A DNA stretch of 63,711 bases, filler included, from Barthelona sp. PAP020 (Eukaryota), in NCBI GenBank assembly GCA_040182905.1. It is 2 parts of 2 records of this genome, joined end to end, with 100 filler letters (N's around TTAATTAATTAA, not from the genome) between each part and the next. Parts side by side here need not be neighbours in the genome. Positions count along the whole stretch, not along the records: positions 1 to 31,991 come from JARQWU010000105.1; 1 more part is not named here. One strand, written 5' to 3'. The notes below the pieces were generated by a model. That model searched no databases. It saw only the letters and a list, made by a program, of their open reading frames with translations, and was not told the DNA's origin. Position numbers and translations under genes: made by a program. The first letter of the stretch is position 1. Every line of letters starts with the position of its first letter. Shown piece by piece: positions 1 through 9,613 of the stretch.

Positions 1-216
1 AAATAGATAAGCCAATTTTTTAATCACCAAATTATTACTGAGTGTGTATATGGAAACATCGAAAAACAAACCAGATAAATCAACACCCATTGACATCTGT
101 GTGACCAATGAAGTCAAAACATTGATCGCAACATTGGGATCTTTTTGACCCAAAGTTAATTTTTTCTGAAATTCAGATAACTTATCTTTAATATTGGCAG
201 CCCTTTCAATATACAT
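1..216 (-). CDS. 5' end of a second beta-adaptin (AP complex beta subunit) copy, running off the window/contig start; not in the ORF track
   Basis: Reverse strand from ATG at 216 reads MYIERAANIKDKLSEFQKKLTLGQKDPNVAINVLTSLVTQMSMGVDLSGLFFDVSIYTLSNNLVIKKLAYLF, matching the gene starting at 21351 (4 aa differences; nt 1-99 identical to 21468-21566). Confidence 0.92.
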   Translation of the reverse strand, partial: MYIERAANIKDKLSEFQKKLTLGQKDPNVAINVLTSLVTQMSMGVDLSGLFFDVSIYTLSNNLVIKKLAYLF

Positions 217-296
217 AAAGTCTATTGATACAAAAAATAAAATTGAGTTTTTTTTTTTTGTTATATTTTTTGGATATTTTAATATTTTGTTGAGTC

Positions 297-1217
297 ATGG
301 GTCCACAGGCATCACAAGATAATCTTAACCAAGGAAATGATGAAATTTGGGCCAAATTTAAAAATGCTTTTCCTATGAAAGAAGAAAGCAATAACCGTTC
401 AAATGATGAAATTAAGTTAACTTATGATCAAATGTATAATTTATTCACGGAACCTGATGTTTTGTTACAATTATTTTTTTCTTCTGATGAATTGCAAAAC
501 AAAATAAGTTATGTAATCGTTGATACAAACAAAGTTTCTTCATTTCCGGAAAAATTTGAGAATGATATTAAAGGATTTTGCATTAAAGACGTTTTTTTTA
601 CATGGACAAAAGAATCGTTGGTGTTTCTTTATAGAATATATCCTGAAGATTTATTATTTGAATGTGTATTAAAGATTTGGAGAAAAGAAAATGAATTTAA
701 ACAAGATTTACAAAAAATTTGCAGTTTGATAACAAAATACAATATTGAAAACACGATAAATGAAAAATCATCGGCTGCGTTTGAAAAAGATATATTTGAA
801 TTGATTAAATTTCCATTAAACTTAGAATCCCCTTCATTTTTTGCCGTTATGGAAAATATCAAGACTTCAATGAATTTGTCAGAAGAAAATTTTTTTTTGG
901 AGACCTTTGATGGGAATAATCAAAAGGTGCAGTTTAAATCGCATCGAGAATTTGATGAATATATTTCACAACTAAAATCAAAGAATCCAGATGCATATAC
1001 AAAAAGGTTAAATGAGTTGCGACTTTTGCACACCATTTTCACTTTTCGATTTAAAGAAAAATTGTTGTTTAAAAATGACCGATATTTTTGGAGTTTACCA
1101 GGGGATGACATTTGGGAACCGAGTCCATATGGTTGTCCTTTAGATTCTATGAATGATTTGATTCAACCAGAAGTTGTTGAAGAAAATGAAGAGCCAAATC
1201 ATGTCAATTCTAATTGA
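297..1217 (+). CDS. Orphan protein, paralog A (306 aa, MGPQAS...DRYFWSLPGDDIWEPSPYGCP)
   Basis: Intact ORF that aligns along its full length with the ORF at 20358-21269; no recognisable domain. Confidence 0.85.
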   Translation: MGPQASQDNLNQGNDEIWAKFKNAFPMKEESNNRSNDEIKLTYDQMYNLFTEPDVLLQLFFSSDELQNKISYVIVDTNKVSSFPEKFENDIKGFCIKDVFFTWTKESLVFLYRIYPEDLLFECVLKIWRKENEFKQDLQKICSLITKYNIENTINEKSSAAFEKDIFELIKFPLNLESPSFFAVMENIKTSMNLSEENFFLETFDGNNQKVQFKSHREFDEYISQLKSKNPDAYTKRLNELRLLHTIFTFRFKEKLLFKNDRYFWSLPGDDIWEPSPYGCPLDSMNDLIQPEVVEENEEPNHVNSN

Positions 1218-1637
1218 GCAACTTCGCCTTTATGATTATTCTATTTCTTTCAAAGAGAATTTTTTTTTTTGTAAATATCAATAGAAACTTTTGTTTAACT
1301 TTTATTGTTGATCTTTTGTAAAGTAAAAGCTTTGTTGTGAAACAGCTGAATAGAATTGAAAAGTTATTGGTTGAAAATGTTGCTCATTTAGAGATGATTG
1401 GTTTCTTAATTATTGTTTTAAAATGCTGTTTGATAAAGTTAAATTATTAAAAAGAAGAAATACTGTTTGAAAATATCTGAAGGAAATTTTTGGATAATAA
1501 ATAAAATTTAAAAAAATTAAATTAAAATGGAGTCACATCAAAATTTCCAATAAGAGAAATGGGGTTTAAATATTTGTAATATTAGGAAAGAATTGTTTTA
1601 GAGGTGTAAGAGTGTCAGGTTGTGAAATAGCAACGTC

Positions 1638-1960
1638 TGGTCAAGTTGTGAAACAATTATATTTATTTACAAAGAAAGTAAACTCAGAAAACTCATTCTG
1701 GCAAATTTCAATCATAATCCCAGGAGGGGAATTGAGGGACTGAAATGTAATTGGAACGATCAAGTAGGAGAATTTCGGAGAAATTCTTCATTCCTATTTT
1801 TTTTGTATTTTTGCAAAAGCAAAATTGAAAAGTTTAAACTTTTCCTGAGAAAATCTAAAGTTTTTCAACAGATCAAGCGGGCCTCAAAAGCCTTTAACCA
1901 AATAAACACTATTGTTTTTATTCACTCATACGCACAGTGCTTCTTGGCTTGAAAATAATT
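1638..1960 (+). repeat. ~320-bp dispersed repeat, copy 1
   Basis: Reverse complement of 19182-19495 (about 90% identical by eye over the last ~170 nt) and near-identical in part to 32092-32210. Confidence 0.9.
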
Positions 1961-2004
1961 GTGAGCAAAGATGAAAAATTCAAAAATTCATTCTTTTCTT
2001 CTTG

Positions 2005-2312
2005 AAGAAGAATTATGGGTATTAATGAATAAGAAAGAATACTGTTTATTTTATTATAGGTTTTAGAGGTTCAATTGATCAATTGCAGTCTTCAATTTTT
2101 CAAAAGAGAAAGTCACACCTGCAAAATTTTGCTTTTGCCAAATACAAAAAACAGAGGCAGGAAATTTATTCCCAAACATATACACTGGATGCACACAATA
2201 GAATTTCAGCCCCTCAATTCCTTTTTTAGGCTTTTGACTGAAATTTATTTGAATGAGTTTTCTGATTTTACTTTCCCTGAAGAAAAATCTATTTTGTTTT
2301 ACAACTGGACCA
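2005..2312 (-). repeat. ~320-bp repeat, copy 2 (diverged, inverted relative to copy 1)
   Basis: Shares blocks AAGAATAsTGTTTATTT, ATTGATC, AAAATTTTGCTTTTGC, AATGAGTTTTCT and ACAACT.GACCA with the + strand of 19182-19495. Confidence 0.75.
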
Positions 2313-2880
2313 ATTAAGTAAATTTAAGCCAAACAAATTGGTGGAGGAAATTTATAAAAAAATTGTTCCAAGGGATCAAGCAGTTTTTTAGTAACCTGGC
2401 AATACACTATAAAGGAAATCAAAAAAGTGCTGTACACAAATAAAAAGAAAAGAAGAATTTGAATGCATACATCATCAAATATCCATGTAAATGGTAACAC
2501 ATATATTTTTCATTCAATTTGTGAATTTAAACAATAAAAAAAAAGAAAAATACAACAATTACCCTTGCAAATCAGCAACAAAAGTTGGAGCAATGATTTT
2601 TGATTTAAACATCCGAATAAACAATATTAATACACATAAATATTATCGCTTAACATCTACATAGCTTCTCAATGATATTTGAAAACATAAATTCAATGAA
2701 AGATTCAAAGATATAAAATTCATTAGAAAACAATAAAAACCTGTTTAATCGACTATTCTATCCCATTTGACCGATAATTCCAACAATTTAATGAATGATT
2801 GTTGCTACAAAATCAACCAAAATTTAGAAAACTGAAGACCATTCTTTATTTTTACTCTTTTCTTCGAGTTTTTGGTTGAG

Positions 2881-4644
2881 ATGGTAGACCCTTATGTTAA
2901 GCACCAAATGGATGAAGTTGTTGTTCCTGATGGGTTTGATGTTGATGGATTTGAAGCTAATGGATTTCCAAAGAAGATATATAGTGCTGTGATTTCTGGA
3001 AATTTGGAACTTGTAAAGCAGTGTATTAAGGCTGGTGTAGATGTGAATAAACAGGGAAGGGCAGGAAGAACGGCACTCTATGGTGCTGCTTTTTGTGGAC
3101 ATATCGAGATTGTTGAGTTTTTATTGGATTTTGGTGCCAATGTTAATTTATGTAGAGCTACTGGTACTTCTGCATTATATATTAGCTGTGAAGAAGGTCA
3201 TTTGACTGTTGCAAATATGCTCTTACAGCATAATGCAGATGTTAATTTGTGCAATAATGATGGTGTTTCTCCATTACATATTAGTTGTGATGAAGGACAT
3301 CTTAGTGTTGCTAGATTGCTTTTGGAAAATGGTGCAGAAGTTAATTTATGTGACAAAACTGGTGTTTCCCCATTATTTATTTGTTGTCAAAATAGTGAAG
3401 TTGATGGTGCCAAAATGCTATTGGATTATGGTGCTGATATTAATTTGTGTAATAATAATGGTGAGTCCCCATTGTTCATCAGTTGTTCAAGAAATCGTTT
3501 CAATGTGGTCAAAATGCTCTTGGATTATGGAGCTGATTTCAATGTATGTAATTGCAATGGTATTTCACCATTGTTTATCAGTTGTTTTAAAGGTTATCTT
3601 GATATTGTTGAAGAGGTCTTGGGATATGGTGTTGATGTTAATTGTTGCAAAAATGGTGGTGCTTCCCCGTTATTTGTAAGTTCTCAAGAAGGACATGTTG
3701 ATGTGGTTAAAACTCTCTTAAATCATGGAGCTATGGTTAATTTGTGCAAAAATAGTGGAGGTTCACCCTTATATGTCAGTTGTGAAAAAGGGCATGCTGA
3801 TATTGCAAAAATACTCTTTGACCATGGAGCAGATGGAAATTTATGTATGAATGGATGTTCTCCATTATACGTAAGTTGTGAACATGGTCATCTTGACGTT
3901 GTTAAAATACTCTTAAATCAGGGAGTTGATGTTAATTTATGTAATAATGATGGTGTATCTCCATTATTTATTGCTTGTCAAAAGGGTAAAGTTAATTGTG
4001 CAAAAATACTATTGGATCATGGTGCTGATGTTAATTCACGTAGGAATAATGGATGTTCTATACTGAATATCAGTTGTTCTATGGGTCATTTTGATATTGT
4101 TAAAATGCTTTTGAATTATGGTGCTGATGTTAATTTGTGCACAAAAAACGGTTTTTCTCCGTTGTACATAAGTTGCGAAAAAGGGCATTTTGACGTTGCC
4201 AAAACAATTTTAGATTGTCCAAAACTTAACATTGATGCAGTTAGCATGCTTCTGTCTTTGAACATTGTTCACACCCCCATTGAAGAGTGGAAAGAATCTG
4301 AAGATCTCCGAATTCTGGACTTCTCAACTTTAAGACAACTATTGGAGGAGGATGTATTTGTTGATTCGGCGATTGATGATTTGTATAATCATCAATTAAT
4401 TGAATTGGCAAAAAATAAGGGTAATCTTTTATCAACACTTTTTTTAATGAAGGCAAACAGTGCCATTATTAGAGAATTCGTGAGTGCTGGAACTTATATG
4501 AATCAAAGAGATTTTGATACAACAATTGACATGTGCTGGGATTTAGTTGACATTAATGAAAAGAATGGTGGCAATATGCATGAGTACACAATTAATGAAC
4601 AGAGGGATTATGAAAGTGATGAAAGTGATGATCATGACACTTAA
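2881..4644 (+). CDS. Cys-rich ankyrin repeat protein with a C-terminal helical module
   Basis: About 13 tandem 33-aa repeats G.SPL.I.C..GH......LL..GADVNLC; first ATG is at 2881 (the track starts at an upstream TTG). Confidence 0.93.
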   Translation: MVDPYVKHQMDEVVVPDGFDVDGFEANGFPKKIYSAVISGNLELVKQCIKAGVDVNKQGRAGRTALYGAAFCGHIEIVEFLLDFGANVNLCRATGTSALYISCEEGHLTVANMLLQHNADVNLCNNDGVSPLHISCDEGHLSVARLLLENGAEVNLCDKTGVSPLFICCQNSEVDGAKMLLDYGADINLCNNNGESPLFISCSRNRFNVVKMLLDYGADFNVCNCNGISPLFISCFKGYLDIVEEVLGYGVDVNCCKNGGASPLFVSSQEGHVDVVKTLLNHGAMVNLCKNSGGSPLYVSCEKGHADIAKILFDHGADGNLCMNGCSPLYVSCEHGHLDVVKILLNQGVDVNLCNNDGVSPLFIACQKGKVNCAKILLDHGADVNSRRNNGCSILNISCSMGHFDIVKMLLNYGADVNLCTKNGFSPLYISCEKGHFDVAKTILDCPKLNIDAVSMLLSLNIVHTPIEEWKESEDLRILDFSTLRQLLEEDVFVDSAIDDLYNHQLIELAKNKGNLLSTLFLMKANSAIIREFVSAGTYMNQRDFDTTIDMCWDLVDINEKNGGNMHEYTINEQRDYESDESDDHDT

Positions 4645-5414
4645 TGTTTTGTATGTGTTGCTTCATTTATCAATTCGCACATGCTTTTTGATTTTATGGG
4701 TTGGTGCTCAATAATAAAATTACGATTTTTTTTTTCAAAGGATTCAATTCCTGCTCCACTATTTACTGAAGCCGATTATTTTTTCTTTGCCTAAAACATT
4801 TCAAAGTCTTTAAGGGTTCAATTGATGGGCAATTTTACTTAGAAAATTATTTACATCCGAAATCAACCAAGCTTGATTGATGATAGAATAACATGACAAA
4901 TTTTCAAAGCATGTTTTATGCAGGTAATTGTATTTAAAGGCTTTTTAAGTCAAATAAAGAAAAGAAAGGTAATTTGTAAGTGATAATAAAGGTGTATTTT
5001 GGAATTAAAAAGAAATCTTCTGCTGATATACCTTCAGCAAACTATTAGTGTTTTGGGATTAAAAAAAGTGTTTATTCAGTGTTGTTAAGTATTGAGAATA
5101 TCACTTATGAAAATTTGTCTCACCAATAAATTTGAATTTTTCAACTTTCAACAAAGAATTCTTTTTTGTTAGTGTGTGCTTGTTTAGGCATGTATTGACC
5201 TGAATTCCTTAAAATTAAAAAGTTTATCCTTGTTCATTTTGAGCAAAGTAAATTTTTGATCTGTTGGCCATGGAAAAATAAAAAATATAAAGTTTCAATT
5301 TTCTTTATAAATAACCACAAAATGATGTTGTATGATGAGATATTAAAAGATTAACTTTAAAAAAAGAAAAAAAAAGAAAAAAAAAGACAAAAATATGTCA
5401 GTTCAATCCAAAAA

Positions 5415-8400
5415 TTACTCAAATAGCGAACGATTTGTTCTTTCAGGCACATGATTGTTAGAAGCTGATTGTTCTTCAATATTTTGTGTGTCATTCAAAT
5501 CCGCGACACTTTTTTCCTTTTCATTATTAACAACAGGATATGTCTTTGGATTGATCATAACAGGAGTTTCAATGATAGCCTTACCTAAAGGGCTTTTTAA
5601 TGTTGGACTTTGTAGTATATGATTAAGACTTTGTGGCTTATTTTCCATTTCTTTATCTCTTTCATAACTACAAGAAGGACTTACATTTTCTTTGGGATTT
5701 GGAGTTGTGGGTTCAACATATTCCAAACCATCCAATTCTTCTACAATATGCAAAAATTTAATTTGAGATTGAGCATCAGAAATTTCATTGTCTGTATCGT
5801 TTTGCAACAGAAAATTTCGAATGTCATCAATGGAAACGGATAATCGATTTTCCATTTTATATGATTCAATGAGTGGATAAGCATATAAATCATCCAATTG
5901 ATCCAATATCAATTTAGGATTCAAATGTGACCTTAATATTCTGCGATTGATATTGTTATTAAAACATAACAATATCAAAGTTGGAATGACTAAAATAGAC
6001 TTGTCAATTTCGGTAAAATACTCAATGTCCAAATCTGCTAATCGCAAAATCAAAGGTTTTAATATTTTTCTTTCTGTTGTTCTTCCAATTTGATACCTGA
6101 ACATTGCTTGCAATTCAGGTTGATCTTGTACTAGAAGACCAATCATCAAATTCAATTCAGCAAAGATATTTATATCCACATTTTGTGTTGTGATTTCATG
6201 AACAAAGGGTAGAATTAAATTATCAACCTGAAATAATTCAGGTGAGTCATCTAATTTGGCCACGCTATAATTGAAAATCCTTAAAATACAATGTAATAAT
6301 TCAATTAGAGAATGGGGATACTTCAATAACAGTTCTTTTGATTGGTCTGGAGCAAATCTGAAAAATATATTCAAACAAGCAATACAGGTATGAATGGCTC
6401 TTAAATCTTCAAATAAATTTCGTTCTTCAACATTATGATTTCCATCATTATCATCATACTTTAAACATGGCAATAGCATAGATAAAGCGTATATTACATT
6501 CAAAAAAGGGGGCTCTGTTATGTATTCAAATATGCTTCCTATCATCTCCATTAAGCTTGTAGTTGCTAACGAAGCAATAGTCATAGCATACGTAACGAAC
6601 TGTGAGGATGTGCTATTTGGGGTATAACTATGAGTAAAAATACGCATTGAAGTTTGGTAAAAAAAGCCATTCCCATATAGTAATTTCGCAAAATGAACAA
6701 CAGCATCATCTACAATTTCAATATAGTCTTCAGGCAATTTTGCTACCGGCAAAACTATTTGTCGAACTAATTTGATAAAAAGTGGGTATAACTCGTGTTC
6801 GATACAACCTGCATCCAAAGAATAATTAGTAAAATACAAATGACTATCATTTGGCAGAGAACAAGAATCTTCTTCTAGATTTTGACATAATCCATTAGAC
6901 AATGCAATAAAATGACCTGTTATCAAAAATATACTTTTAATAAAAGGAAAAGACATTAAAAGATCCAACAAATACATGGCTGATATTTTGACTGAAGGAA
7001 TTGACCTAGGCACTGTCAATAATAAAACCAATGAACGTAATAAATCGTTTTGAGCAAAATATAACAAATGAGAAGAAGTAACATTCCCCAACTCACACAA
7101 TTTTGTCAATGACATAATATGAGTTTTCACCATATTGTGTTCCACAATTAAACTAGCGTTGATTACATCATTGAGAAATTCAACAGGTTGTTTTATCCTT
7201 ACTCCAGGTGTGTGGTACTTTTCACTATAAAATTCACTCCATAATTTGTAAATTACTTCTGAATCACAATTCTTTTTGTACCTTTTTGTTAATTTTGTTC
7301 TTAATCTTTTGGATCTGGCTCTACAATTATTTAACAATGCTTGACATCCCTCAGCAGCTGCTTCAACTTGTCTTTGTCGAGCTCTCAAAGATCCTTCTCT
7401 TGTAATGGTTCCATCCCCATGAGCTCTTACATTTTCCAAATGCTGTCTTGAACGAATATGCCTTTTCAAAGATACTGAATCCTCTAAATACATTTTACAA
7501 ACATTACAAAATCTTAAGCCTCGGCGTTTAGCAGCCTGTTCAACTTTTACTTGCTCTTCAGCAGCACGTTTAGAAACTTGTATTAAATGTTCTCTTCTGC
7601 GCTTTTCTGATTCCTTCAACTTTGCATCTATTAATTCCATTTGTTCAAATGAAACTTGTTCACGTTCAGCTTGAATAGCTTTCGCTGTAGATACAGCATA
7701 TTCAGTATGTTCAGCATTCTTTTGACGAGAAATATCAAGCATCTTATCACGGGTGGCAGAAACAGTCTCCTTATATTCTAATCGTTCCTGAAGATTATCT
7801 AAACGTTCTTTTTCAAGAACTTCCCTGTTTCTTCGAACGATATCAATATGATTATCACGTGCTTTCAATTTTTCTTTTCTATCTCGAACCAATTCAGCTC
7901 TTCTAGCTTTTGCATCTTCCAAACTACGTTCAATATTTTGAACTCGGTCTAATTTTTCTTCTTCCTGCTTTTGAACTACACTGATCACTTTTTCAATTTG
8001 TTTTCGGGCTTTGGAACTAATATCATCATAAAAATCACTTCGATGTCTTTCAGCCCTGTTGAATTTTGCATCTGTTTTAATTTTTTGAACAATTTTTTGT
8101 TTTTCAATTGTTCTCCTATGTTGTCTGATTCTTTGCTCTTTATCACGATTAACTGAAGCAATTTGTTCAATCTGTCGTTTTTTTCTTTCTCTTGCTTGCT
8201 CAATCCTCTCTGCACTAATACCAGAAATTTCATTAATCACTTTTTTTGGTTTCGATAACCTTTCAATCAAATCTATCTTATTTTCATAACTGTCACCATC
8301 TGTATTTAATCCAACTCTTGTTTCCCAAGATACTCCAGTAGGAGTGTTGGATGATGATTTTGGACTATCAACACTTTCTGCGCTGGATTTTGGTGTATTT

Positions 8401-8810
8401 AAACCAGGTGGATATTCAAGATCAACATTAAGTGAGGTTTTCAAAATAGGAGCTGATTTGGGACTGGTTTGACTGGTTAAATCGTATTCTTCAACATCAA
8501 ATATTCCTTTAGAAGTTAATCCTGGTGTTGAAAATACATAAGAAGAAGAGTTCGGAGATAATGCAGGTGGCAAATTCAATATTTCATGGTCATCTATGTT
8601 AATATCATCGTCAAAGTTCATCAATTCTATTCTAGATACTAATTTTTCAAAATCTTCAAGACCTTGAGTAAGGATATCCGAAAATTCAACATAATTTCGA
8701 TGAACAAAATCAATATTAGTTTGTGTTTCATAAAGATCATATAATTCGTCAATAAGTGATTGTATTTGTCTGAGAATTGAATTTGCATGATCATGTGTGT
8801 TGGCACTCAT
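5415..8810 (-). CDS. SCAPER: SCAPER-like protein (coiled coil, C2H2 zinc finger, helical C-terminus)
   Basis: Long charged coiled coil, finger FCNVCKMYLEDSVSLKRHIRSRQH, C-terminal motif PLILRLADLDIEYF...ILVIPTLILLCFNNNINRRIL typical of SCAPER; likely ATG at 8810. Confidence 0.72.
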   Translation of the reverse strand: MSANTHDHANSILRQIQSLIDELYDLYETQTNIDFVHRNYVEFSDILTQGLEDFEKLVSRIELMNFDDDINIDDHEILNLPPALSPNSSSYVFSTPGLTSKGIFDVEEYDLTSQTSPKSAPILKTSLNVDLEYPPGLNTPKSSAESVDSPKSSSNTPTGVSWETRVGLNTDGDSYENKIDLIERLSKPKKVINEISGISAERIEQARERKKRQIEQIASVNRDKEQRIRQHRRTIEKQKIVQKIKTDAKFNRAERHRSDFYDDISSKARKQIEKVISVVQKQEEEKLDRVQNIERSLEDAKARRAELVRDRKEKLKARDNHIDIVRRNREVLEKERLDNLQERLEYKETVSATRDKMLDISRQKNAEHTEYAVSTAKAIQAEREQVSFEQMELIDAKLKESEKRRREHLIQVSKRAAEEQVKVEQAAKRRGLRFCNVCKMYLEDSVSLKRHIRSRQHLENVRAHGDGTITREGSLRARQRQVEAAAEGCQALLNNCRARSKRLRTKLTKRYKKNCDSEVIYKLWSEFYSEKYHTPGVRIKQPVEFLNDVINASLIVEHNMVKTHIMSLTKLCELGNVTSSHLLYFAQNDLLRSLVLLLTVPRSIPSVKISAMYLLDLLMSFPFIKSIFLITGHFIALSNGLCQNLEEDSCSLPNDSHLYFTNYSLDAGCIEHELYPLFIKLVRQIVLPVAKLPEDYIEIVDDAVVHFAKLLYGNGFFYQTSMRIFTHSYTPNSTSSQFVTYAMTIASLATTSLMEMIGSIFEYITEPPFLNVIYALSMLLPCLKYDDNDGNHNVEERNLFEDLRAIHTCIACLNIFFRFAPDQSKELLLKYPHSLIELLHCILRIFNYSVAKLDDSPELFQVDNLILPFVHEITTQNVDINIFAELNLMIGLLVQDQPELQAMFRYQIGRTTERKILKPLILRLADLDIEYFTEIDKSILVIPTLILLCFNNNINRRILRSHLNPKLILDQLDDLYAYPLIESYKMENRLSVSIDDIRNFLLQNDTDNEISDAQSQIKFLHIVEELDGLEYVEPTTPNPKENVSPSCSYERDKEMENKPQSLNHILQSPTLKSPLGKAIIETPVMINPKTYPVVNNEKEKSVADLNDTQNIEEQSASNNHVPERTNRSLFE

Positions 8811-9613
8811 TGAGAAAAAGTTAATAAAGAATTCTTTGATTGCATTTTTTTCAAATAATTTGTTTATTAGGGTATAATAACACAACATTTTCACCAACAA
8901 CCTTAAGAAATAGGAATGTCTGTCTTTGTTGAATTCTTCAAATTTTTTTCAATTTTTTTGTTGTTGTTATTGAAAAATGAAAAACCTTCTTTTTGAAGTT
9001 TTATGGGTTTAAAAAACAATAAATTGCACAAAAACAATTTCCAAAAAAAGGAAATTCCTTTTTGTTCTATTGATGTGAAATCACAATAATATATGAAAGC
9101 AAATTGATGAGTATAAGCATATTTACTTTAAAAAGTGAAAAGTTCAAGCATATCCTTTAGTCCCAATTACCGATTTTCTCTCTTTGCTAGTAAATTTTTG
9201 GATCTTTTGATATTTCTATCACAAACCCAAATTATACACATAAGACCTTCGCTGATAGCAAAAGTACTTAAATTTAACAATGAAAATTATCTTTTTGCTG
9301 TCAAAAATAAAGTGTGTGGCAAATATGCGCTCTTCAGATTTCTTTGAAAAGGTTGTTTCCAAAGAAATAAACTTGCTTTCAGAGACCATGAATAAATTTA
9401 TGGCACTTTTTTTTCATCACTCAAGAATACCAACAGCTTAAAGATAAATGGGGATTTCAACAAAAATGCGGGAAAAAAAATGGATTTTCACCATTATTTT
9501 TCGTTAAGTTTGACTTAATTGTTCTTATAAAAAGAATAATGCAAGAAATAACACAAATACAAAAATGGCAATTTTTTTGGAGGGAAAAATGAATAACCAA
9601 ATATTTTTTTTAA

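Noticed and set aside
297..2312. Orphan ORF plus downstream conserved non-coding repeat as a Fanzor/TnpB-omegaRNA or transposon unit
   Set aside because: No RuvC, zinc-ribbon, DDE or RT motifs in the protein; no TIRs or TSDs seen
2075..2317. 80-aa ORF, and the 85-aa ORF at 19149-19406
   Set aside because: Both lie within repeat copies on opposite relative strands; frames are broken in the other copies, so not called as genes
3040..4230. ~99-nt periodic repeats resembling an array
   Set aside because: They are in-frame ankyrin repeat codons, not CRISPR or a non-coding array; the overlapping 3209-3679 ORF is a shadow frame
4800..4830. GGTTCAATTGAT block resembling the 320-bp repeat
   Set aside because: Match too short to distinguish from chance
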